Below are positions 56,631 through 64,000 of a stretch of DNA of 64,000 nt, piece by piece. This DNA is from Prevotella sp. (GTDB lineage Bacteria; Bacteroidota; Bacteroidia; Bacteroidales; Bacteroidaceae). Every line of letters begins with the position of its first letter. Position 1 is the first letter of the stretch. The notes beneath the pieces are model-generated. The model searched no databases, was not told the origin of the DNA, and was given only the letters and a program-made list of their open reading frames with translations. The stretch lies in assembly GCA_045597565.1 (NCBI GenBank), contig JAZLKJ010000078.1, forward strand, positions 1,232 to 65,231, in the 5' to 3' direction. Made by a program: the position numbers and the translations under genes.

Positions 56631-57565
56631 AAATTTCCATCATCATTCCTATATACGGTGTAGAGGCTTACATCGAAAAGTGCGCTGACAGTCTGTTGTC
56701 TCAGTCATATCGTGACATAGAATATATCTTTGTGAATGATTGTACAAAAGATAATTCTATGGAAGTATTGAATGGCGTTATAAATTCACGATATTCTGAT
56801 CGTGCGAATGACATTATTATCATAAACAAGCAAGAAAACCAAGGTTTGCCACAGGCAAGATGTTCAGGTGTTAAGGTCGCAACTGGCGAATATATTATGC
56901 ATTGTGACTCCGACGATTGGTTAGAGCCTGATGCAGTTACCATATTGGTGAATCATATAATAGAGAATAATAGACCAGACATGGTCTGCTTCTCAAATTA
57001 CGAGGTGTCGCAAGACAGTAAACACATACGGCATGTCGTACCTTCTGCAAATATAGACGAGCATAGGCGCAGAATCATTGGTTTACGCATCGAAGCATAT
57101 ATGTGGGCATCAATAACAAAAAGGGAAAGATATGTTGGTATATTGTATCCCATAGAAAATATGTTGGAAGATTTTGTTATCATGTCACAACTTGTTCATA
57201 ATTGCCAGACAATAAGTTATCTGGATATGCCCATATACTCATACCTGGTAAGCAATAGCAATTCCATTTTACATCAAGACAAGAAAAAGGTAAGATATCA
57301 AAGGATGTGTACGAACATGTCCATTGTTTATGATTGGTTCATCGACAATGCGGAATACGCAGTAAGCATTGATCATCTCACTTATATCTACGGATGGAGG
57401 ATGCTGAAGGGAGGTGTACCGAAAACCATTAGAGATTCATCAATCAAGAATCTGAAGCGTGGTATCAGGCATGCTAAATTATTCAGACATGACTATGAAA
57501 CTTCACTCAGAAAACGCATAGAAGTAAAGATTGCATCATTGCTTAACTTTCCATCTTATTTTTAA
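56627..57565 (+). CDS. Glycosyltransferase family 2
   Basis: ISIIIPIYG, FVNDCTKD, NQGLPQAR, HCDSDDW, LED. Confidence 0.9.
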   Translation: MKISIIIPIYGVEAYIEKCADSLLSQSYRDIEYIFVNDCTKDNSMEVLNGVINSRYSDRANDIIIINKQENQGLPQARCSGVKVATGEYIMHCDSDDWLEPDAVTILVNHIIENNRPDMVCFSNYEVSQDSKHIRHVVPSANIDEHRRRIIGLRIEAYMWASITKRERYVGILYPIENMLEDFVIMSQLVHNCQTISYLDMPIYSYLVSNSNSILHQDKKKVRYQRMCTNMSIVYDWFIDNAEYAVSIDHLTYIYGWRMLKGGVPKTIRDSSIKNLKRGIRHAKLFRHDYETSLRKRIEVKIASLLNFPSYF

Positions 57566-57753
57566 AGAATTAATGAATCTCCTCATACATTAATAGTAAA
57601 ATTATATGGTATAATCCGACAATTTGCTCTGTGAAGAGAGAAAAAGCATTGAATAATTTGCTTGGTTGCTTATTTTTTTGTACTTTTGCGCCCAGATACA
57701 TAGACTATCGTAACCGCCGTTACGGTAATGGAGATTACGCAATAGAAGATGTT

Positions 57754-59079
57754 ATGAACTTCTACGACAGAAAACAAGAAATAGCCCAATTACTTGAGAT
57801 TGAGGATCTTTCACATGAAGTTTCTCAGTTTACTGTTGTGTCTGGCAGACGACGTATCGGCAAGACTGAGCTTGTCAAGAAAGCTTACGAGGACAAGAAT
57901 ATGTTGTATTTCTTTGTTGCTCGTAAAGCTGAGGCTGACCTTTGCGATACTTTTATGGACGAGATAAGCGAAAAGCTTGATGTACCAGTTCCTAAGGGCA
58001 CTGTTCGGAATTTCTCTAGCGTGTTCCAGTTTGTGATGGAACTTGCCGAAAAGCAACATATCATCTTGTTTATAGATGAGTTTCAGGAGTTTGCAAAGGT
58101 AAACTCTTCCATTTTCTCTGATATGCAGAATTTGTGGGACAGCTACAAGAAGACTGCACGTATAAATCTCGTTGTAGGCGGTTCCGTGAAGTCCATGCTT
58201 ACAAAAATATTTGAGGAGCGGAGCGAGCCGTTGTTTGGTCGCCAGACAAACAAGATGCACATAAAGCCTTTCCCTCCGTCTGTATTGAAGGAGATTATGC
58301 ATGACTATGCACCGAACTACAAGGCAGAAGACCTTCTCGCTCTTTATACGTTGACTGGAGGCGTGGCGAAATACGTAGAACTTTTCATTGACAAAAAGCA
58401 GTTTACGCTAAGCAAGATGTTAAGAGCTGTTTTCCGTGCTGATTCTTACTTCCTTACCGAGGGTAAGGATGTACTTGTGGAAGAGTTTGGCAAGGACTAT
58501 GGAACGTACTTTTCTATCTTGACCTTGATTTCTGAAGGCTATAATACTCGTGCAGAGTTGCAGGATTTCTTGGGAAACATAGAACTTGCTGGGTATCTGA
58601 AGAACCTGATAGAAAACTACGAACTCATTAGTAAGCAGCAGCCGCTATATGAAAAGTCTCTCAATAAAAGTGTTCATTATGTCGTGAACGATTTGTTCCT
58701 TCGCTTTTGGTTCCGGTTTATATATAAGTATCAGCATGTCATTGAGGCTGGTGGTTTTACGAGACTACTTCAGGTTGTGGAACGAGACTATCCTACGTTC
58801 AGCGGAAAGGCATTGGAGTCTTATTTTCGTGAATGTTTGAAGGAAACTGGACTATATACCCGACTCGGTTATTGGCATGATCGCAAAGGGGAGAACGAGA
58901 TAGACATCGTTGCAGAAGATGAACTTGAGCATCGCGTGACAATATTTGAGGTTAAACGTCAGGCAAAGAAATTGGATCTCGGTGTGCTACAGGAACGTGC
59001 AGATGCCTATACAAAGACAGTTGGTGTTTATAAAGACTACTCTGTTGAAATAAAGGGATTGTCAATGGATGATATGTAA
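57754..59079 (+). CDS. ATP-binding protein (archaeal ATPase_2 / DUF234-like)
   Basis: FYDRKQE, Walker A GRRRIGKT, Walker B LFIDEFQ, TGGVAKY, DLFLRFWFRF, C-terminal EIDIV...FEVK; -7 box TACTTTTG at 57681 supports ATG 57754. Confidence 0.88.
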   Translation: MNFYDRKQEIAQLLEIEDLSHEVSQFTVVSGRRRIGKTELVKKAYEDKNMLYFFVARKAEADLCDTFMDEISEKLDVPVPKGTVRNFSSVFQFVMELAEKQHIILFIDEFQEFAKVNSSIFSDMQNLWDSYKKTARINLVVGGSVKSMLTKIFEERSEPLFGRQTNKMHIKPFPPSVLKEIMHDYAPNYKAEDLLALYTLTGGVAKYVELFIDKKQFTLSKMLRAVFRADSYFLTEGKDVLVEEFGKDYGTYFSILTLISEGYNTRAELQDFLGNIELAGYLKNLIENYELISKQQPLYEKSLNKSVHYVVNDLFLRFWFRFIYKYQHVIEAGGFTRLLQVVERDYPTFSGKALESYFRECLKETGLYTRLGYWHDRKGENEIDIVAEDELEHRVTIFEVKRQAKKLDLGVLQERADAYTKTVGVYKDYSVEIKGLSMDDM

Positions 59080-59084
59080 TAATC

Positions 59085-60542
59085 ATGGCAGAAGACCTGA
59101 AACATAAGACAGCGAAAGGATTCGGCTGGGGACTCTTGAACAACGGCACTACGCAGTTGCTCAATCTCGTATTTGGCATTGTCCTTGCCCGACTGCTCAC
59201 TCCTGCTGACTACGGCATCGTGGGAGTGCTGACCGTGTTTACGCTCATTGCCGGTAATATTCAGGCAGGTGGCTTCACGCAGGGGCTTTGCAATATGAAA
59301 TCGCCGACGCATGAAGACTATAATTCCGTGTTCTGGTTCAATATATCGATGAGTGCGTGCCTCTATGCAATACTATTCCTCTGTGCACCGCTGATAGCCG
59401 ACTTCTTCAATGCGCCTGAACTGCTGTGGCTCTCTCGCTTCACATTTCTCGTCATTCCTATTTCTGCACTGAGCATAATCGCTGGTGCATATATGTTCAA
59501 GAACATGATGGTGAAGGAGGGAGCTATTTTAGGAATTACGGCTCTGCTTTGCAGTGGTACCGTCGGCATAACGCTTGCCTTTCTGGACTACAGTTATTGG
59601 GCATTGGCTTGTCAGCAAGTTACTTTTACCACGATAATTACCATTGGCAGATACATGATAGTGCCGTTCCGTCCTTCGCTGAACTTTTCGTTTGCACCAG
59701 TCAAGCAGATGTTTTCCTTCAGCGTGAAGATGATGATTACCGCGATTCTTAATTCACTTTCCCAGCAGATTCTCACCTTCATATTCGGTAATATCTTCGG
59801 AAAGAGAAATCAGATGGATGTTGTGGGAAATTATTCTCAGGCAAACAAATGGAATATGATGGCTTCCGACATGCTTAGAAATACCATAGCACAGGTGGCA
59901 CAGCCAGTGATGGCAGAGGTGCGCGATGATCGTGAGCGTTCGCTTCGTGTACTGCGTAAGATGATACGCTTTACGGCATTCCTTTCCTTTCCAACCATGT
60001 TCGGACTGGCTCTTGTGTCGGAAGAATTTATCCTTACCACGATAGGCGAGAAGTGGCTTGTTAGTGCAGATATGCTTCGTGTGCTTGCTGTGGCTGGTAG
60101 TACGATCCCAATATATGCCCTTCTTCAGAATGTGGCTATCAGTCACGGTCGCTCCGACATTTATATGTGGCTCAACGTAGTGCAGATTCTTGTACAGATA
60201 GGAATCGTAGTATTACTGAAAGATTATAGCATAGAGACCATGGTATTGGCAGTTTCCGTCTTTACCGTTTTGTATCTCTTCGTTTGGCATTTCTTTACGA
60301 GGAATCTCTCGGCATATTACTCCATTATAGCATTCTTGAAGGACATCATTCCTTTTGCATTCGTCTCATGCGCAACGATGTATATTACGTGGCTGGTTAC
60401 GGAATTTACTCTTTCCAATGCCCACTATGTTCTGCTCTTTTTGACCAGAATGGTCATTGCTGCTGCTCTCTACGCTTCCTTCATGTTTATCACGAAGGCT
60501 GAGATAATGAAAGAGTGCATAGGATTTATAAAGAAGAAATAA
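59085..60542 (+). CDS. Wzx-type polysaccharide flippase
   Basis: LKHKTAKGFGW, LARLLTPADYG, GNYSQA, TIGEKW; multi-pass hydrophobic. Confidence 0.88.
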   Translation: MAEDLKHKTAKGFGWGLLNNGTTQLLNLVFGIVLARLLTPADYGIVGVLTVFTLIAGNIQAGGFTQGLCNMKSPTHEDYNSVFWFNISMSACLYAILFLCAPLIADFFNAPELLWLSRFTFLVIPISALSIIAGAYMFKNMMVKEGAILGITALLCSGTVGITLAFLDYSYWALACQQVTFTTIITIGRYMIVPFRPSLNFSFAPVKQMFSFSVKMMITAILNSLSQQILTFIFGNIFGKRNQMDVVGNYSQANKWNMMASDMLRNTIAQVAQPVMAEVRDDRERSLRVLRKMIRFTAFLSFPTMFGLALVSEEFILTTIGEKWLVSADMLRVLAVAGSTIPIYALLQNVAISHGRSDIYMWLNVVQILVQIGIVVLLKDYSIETMVLAVSVFTVLYLFVWHFFTRNLSAYYSIIAFLKDIIPFAFVSCATMYITWLVTEFTLSNAHYVLLFLTRMVIAAALYASFMFITKAEIMKECIGFIKKK

Positions 60543-61792
60543 TGATAAGAGTTCTCATAGTAAATGCTTCTGACAGCAAAGGAGGTGCGGCAGTCGTTTC
60601 GCGCCGGCTTCTCCACGCCCTTAACAAGCAGGAAGGCGTGGAGGCTAAGATGCTGGTGGCTGAAAAGCAGACTGAAGATGAGAATATTATAGCCATGCCG
60701 CGAACATGGTGGATAAAGAAAGCCCTTGACAGAGCCGTCGTATGGGCAGCAAACGGTTTTACGAAACGGAAACTGTGGCTTACTGATGGCGGCTTCTTCG
60801 GCAATGATATTACGAAACGAAAGGAATTTCTTGAGGCTGATGTGATTCATCTGCATTGGGTGAACCAAGGTTTTTTAGGGCTGCGCGACATTGAGAAGGT
60901 TCTGAGGAGCGGGAAGAAAGTTGTATGGACTCTTCACGATATGTGGCCAGTTACTGCCATCTGCCATTATGCTGAAGAGTGCAGGAAGTTTCAGACGGAA
61001 GGCTGTTCGTGCTGTCCGCAGTTAGTAAAGCCGTCGGCTGACGACCTGTCTGCAAGGATATTCCGTAAGAAAAAAGCCCTTTTTGCCGATGTCCCCGAGT
61101 CGTGTCGCTTCATCTTCATAGGCTGTAGCAATTGGGTTTCGGGCAAGGCGAAAAGTTCCGCTATCACGCACCATCTGCCAGTGGTCACTATCCCAAACGC
61201 CATCAGCTTCTCGCAGTATGCTGTAGGCGATAGGGCAGAGGCGAAGCGACGATTGGGCATAGCTCCTGAAACGAAGGTCATCTGCTTCGGTGCTGCTCGC
61301 ATAGACACTCCGATAAAGGGTTTTCGCTTCCTGATAGAGGCACTGAGAATGCAAACCGACAAACTCCCGAACACCATCCTACTCCTAATGGGGGGAGTGA
61401 GCGACGAGACTATTTTCCGGGAAATTCCAATTCCATATAAATATCTCGGTTTCATCTCCGATACCGCGCCAGTTTATCAAGCTTCCGACTGCCTGGTAAA
61501 TTGCAGCTTGTTTGAGAATCTGGGCACTACTATGATAGAAGCTCAGGCATGCGGTTGTACTCCAGCAGCCTTTGACACTGGTGGTACAACGGACATCGTG
61601 AAAGATGGCGAGACCGGCTACATTGCGCTTCCGCAGAACAGCGCCTCGCTTGGCGAAGCCATCAGCAAGGCACTTGAGGCGCCAATCCCACCAGCTGTTC
61701 TCCACCAGTTTGCCGTTGATCATTTCTCGGAAGAGGTGGTTGCAAAGCGGCATTTGGAAGTGTATAAAGCCCCCCCGAAGTTTGCCCCATAA
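60542..61792 (+). CDS. Glycosyltransferase family 4 (WcaC-like)
   Basis: GGAAVV, ADVIHLHWVNQG, VWTLHDMW, KG, ENLGTTMIEAQACG (EX7E); ATG overlaps the flippase stop. Confidence 0.88.
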   Translation: MIRVLIVNASDSKGGAAVVSRRLLHALNKQEGVEAKMLVAEKQTEDENIIAMPRTWWIKKALDRAVVWAANGFTKRKLWLTDGGFFGNDITKRKEFLEADVIHLHWVNQGFLGLRDIEKVLRSGKKVVWTLHDMWPVTAICHYAEECRKFQTEGCSCCPQLVKPSADDLSARIFRKKKALFADVPESCRFIFIGCSNWVSGKAKSSAITHHLPVVTIPNAISFSQYAVGDRAEAKRRLGIAPETKVICFGAARIDTPIKGFRFLIEALRMQTDKLPNTILLLMGGVSDETIFREIPIPYKYLGFISDTAPVYQASDCLVNCSLFENLGTTMIEAQACGCTPAAFDTGGTTDIVKDGETGYIALPQNSASLGEAISKALEAPIPPAVLHQFAVDHFSEEVVAKRHLEVYKAPPKFAP

Positions 61793-61842
61793 TTGCAAAA
61801 AAGACAAGAATAGGGATGTTTTAAAACTAAGTTGTGAATAAA

Positions 61843-62766
61843 ATGAAGATTTCCATTCTCGTACCTATATATAATGTAGCAGACAAGATAGAGCGCTGTG
61901 CCGTATCGCTATTCGAGCAGACCTACAAGGACATTGAATATGTCTTTGTGAACGACTGCACGCCGGATAATAGCATTGAGGTGTTGGAGTCGGTTGTTGA
62001 CCGATACCCTGAGCGAAAGCATCAGGTTCGCATTATCCATCACGAAAAGAACAAAGGTTTGGCTGGTGCCAGAAATACAGGGTATGATTCTGCAACAGGC
62101 GAATTGTGGATGATGGTTGATTCTGACGACTGGATTCCAACGGATGCATGCGAGAAACTATATTCCAGACTTTTGGATACAGGTGCTGATATTGTTAGCG
62201 GATGTATGCTCAGTTATAAGCCTGAGGGACGGAAGGTTATAGTGCGAAAGGCTTATTCAAGCAAGGAGTCGCGCCTGAAACGAATGCTTTGTCTGAGTCT
62301 TGTCAGCGGTTCGCTTTGTGGTTCTCTTTACAGGAAACATGTGTTTGACGGACTTCGTGCCATCGAGGGAGTCAACTTGGCAGAAGACTATATGATGACC
62401 TCGCGTGTGATGCTCAAGTCGAAATTGGCAGATATTCCTGATGTGGTTTATTTTTATGACGAAACGGAGGTGCGCGACTATTCTGGAATTTATGAAAGGC
62501 ATATTCAGCAAGTGGAGCGCTCCGTTGTTGCTGTGTATGATTATTACAATGCCAACAAGCCCCAGTCGTTGCCTTATCTCGCTTGTTTGCAGGTGGCTCT
62601 TCTTCATGTAGTTCGTATTGCGGCGCAAAGCGGTTTGAATGCGCCTGCTGCGGAGTCGAAGCTTGCATGGTGGGCAAAGCCTCTTGCGGCAATGATGAAA
62701 AGAAAGAGTACATTCGCTGTAGCAAATGTACTCTATAAGATTGTCCGGGCGTTAGTTTCTGCCTGA
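61843..62766 (+). CDS. Glycosyltransferase family 2
   Basis: ISILVPIYN, FVNDCTPD, NKGLAGARN, VDSDDW, AED. Confidence 0.9.
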   Translation: MKISILVPIYNVADKIERCAVSLFEQTYKDIEYVFVNDCTPDNSIEVLESVVDRYPERKHQVRIIHHEKNKGLAGARNTGYDSATGELWMMVDSDDWIPTDACEKLYSRLLDTGADIVSGCMLSYKPEGRKVIVRKAYSSKESRLKRMLCLSLVSGSLCGSLYRKHVFDGLRAIEGVNLAEDYMMTSRVMLKSKLADIPDVVYFYDETEVRDYSGIYERHIQQVERSVVAVYDYYNANKPQSLPYLACLQVALLHVVRIAAQSGLNAPAAESKLAWWAKPLAAMMKRKSTFAVANVLYKIVRALVSA

Positions 62767-62805
62767 AGTGCGTGTCTCCAGGTAATCTGTGCAATCTGTG
62801 CGAAC

Positions 62806-63609
62806 TTATTGTTGTTGCAGATTCGGTATTTTATGTTTCATTCTCCAAGCCTGAAACCATCTTGGAGCGAGTTTTTGGTATGGTCTTATCCAGCCGTAGC
62901 GCACGTAGCACTTCAGCACAACAAACGGCCAATACCATTCCTTGTCGAACCCGTGAACGCGATAACGCTCTATCCATAGTCGCAGTGGGTTTGAAGCCGA
63001 CTGCCCATAGCGTGCATTATAGCGCGCAACGACAACATTGCGATACTCAAACTTCCTGTTTTCATTTCGCAGCTGATAGAAAAGATTGTAGTCGGCGATT
63101 ATCTTGAATCTTCGGTCAAACGGATGCTGGCGTTGCACTTCTGCGCGTACGAATACTGACTGATGGATAAAAGGCATTACGGGATTGATGTTTTTCTTGT
63201 CATTGCGAGTAGTTATGACCTTGCCATATTCCATTATTTCCAGCGTGTTGCCGTAACAAACATCCACATCATCGGCTATTGGCTGACGGAAAAACTCCTC
63301 AAGTGCTGTGTTGCTGTAGAACGTGTCGCCGGCATTCATGTAGATTATCCATTCGCCTTCTGCCTTTTGAGCACCTTTGTTCATGGCATCGTAAGTGCCT
63401 TTGTCTGGCTCTGAGTACCAGCGGAAGGCAATCTGTTTAACCTCTTCCTTGCAGGATAAATCCTCAAGCATAGGTATAGTACCGTCCTTGCTTGCTCCGT
63501 CAATTATAATATACTCGTAATCCTTGTATGTCTGGGCGAGGACGGAGTTTATAGTCTTTCGGAGTTCTTCGCAGCAGTTGTAGCAGACAGTGATAACGGA
63601 AACTTTCAT
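62806..63609 (-). CDS. Glycosyltransferase family 2 (WcaE-like)
   Basis: VSVITVCYN, IIDGASKDGT, SEPDKGTYDAMNKG, MNAGD, HQS, ADY. Confidence 0.9.
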   Translation of the reverse strand: MKVSVITVCYNCCEELRKTINSVLAQTYKDYEYIIIDGASKDGTIPMLEDLSCKEEVKQIAFRWYSEPDKGTYDAMNKGAQKAEGEWIIYMNAGDTFYSNTALEEFFRQPIADDVDVCYGNTLEIMEYGKVITTRNDKKNINPVMPFIHQSVFVRAEVQRQHPFDRRFKIIADYNLFYQLRNENRKFEYRNVVVARYNARYGQSASNPLRLWIERYRVHGFDKEWYWPFVVLKCYVRYGWIRPYQKLAPRWFQAWRMKHKIPNLQQQ

Positions 63610-64000
63610 TGCTTTTGACCAAATAAGTATTTACGGAATATTGGACTCGTTCTGAGCACGTTGGAGGTGAGGAGGCTGAAGCCGATGACCACCAAGGCTA
63701 CGGAAATTATCATCACCATCTCGACCAGAACACCTGGCTTGTTGGCCTTCAGCCATGGACCAACCATGTGAAGGTGTGGCAGGAAGAAATAGTGGATGAG
63801 GTAGATGTCCAGTGTGCGTGTGCCTATGTACTGCATGGCGCGACCGAGGCGAGTCTGCTTTGAGAAAGTTTGCTCGTGGTGGCGGAAGCACATGATGATT
63901 ATTCCAAGAAACGAGAATATGGCAAGCGTGCGAGGCAGGTTTGCCCACATCAGTCTCAAGTTATGCCACTTGAAGAACTCCAGGCAGCAGAGCAAGGCCA
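63606..64000 (-). CDS. Membrane acyltransferase family 3, C-terminal part (start outside window)
   Basis: Hydrophobic segments with YIGTRTLDIYLIHYFF and terminal RKYLFG. Confidence 0.7.
   Translation of the reverse strand, partial: ALLCCLEFFKWHNLRLMWANLPRTLAIFSFLGIIIMCFRHHEQTFSKQTRLGRAMQYIGTRTLDIYLIHYFFLPHLHMVGPWLKANKPGVLVEMVMIISVALVVIGFSLLTSNVLRTSPIFRKYLFGQKQ

Noticed and set aside
62784..62801. AATCTGTGC duplicated between convergent GT genes
   Set aside because: Only two 9-nt copies; insufficient support for any function.

Overview
Bacteroidales chromosome segment, most likely Prevotellaceae (inferred from TAnnTTTG -7 promoter boxes, SusC/SusD pairs and Prevotella-style C-terminal sorting domains). 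It has five parts. (1) A truncated ECF sigma factor and purF. (2) A ~23 kb xylan utilisation locus of the xus type: susC-susD-susC-susD, a lipoprotein, a GH10-fold lipoprotein that appears catalytically dead, a triple-CBM4-like protein, GH43-CBM6 and two intact GH10 xylanases. A REP-associated tyrosine transposase (RAYT) sits inside it, with about a dozen co-varying GGAG-type REP hairpins spread across the window. (3) A ~22.5 kb surface-protein island: a membrane-bound AraC regulator, two related KKxYxxP small peptides, an almost cargo-less T9SS-type mini-protein, a tandem pilin-like lipoprotein, a ~4440 aa seven-module beta-helix protein, a BspA-like LRR protein and two paralogous 36-37 aa membrane microproteins. 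Three promoters in this island share one palindromic operator at a fixed distance from the -7 box. (4) A DUF6057-like/TolB-like gene pair. (5) A surface polysaccharide locus (glf, Fe-S protein, pyruvyl transferase, glycosyltransferases, flippase, acyltransferase) interrupted by two P-loop ATPases, one preceded by phased direct repeats. The best candidate for an undescribed system is the AraC/operator/small-peptide regulon in part 3. All family calls come from motifs read by eye; no database searches were run.
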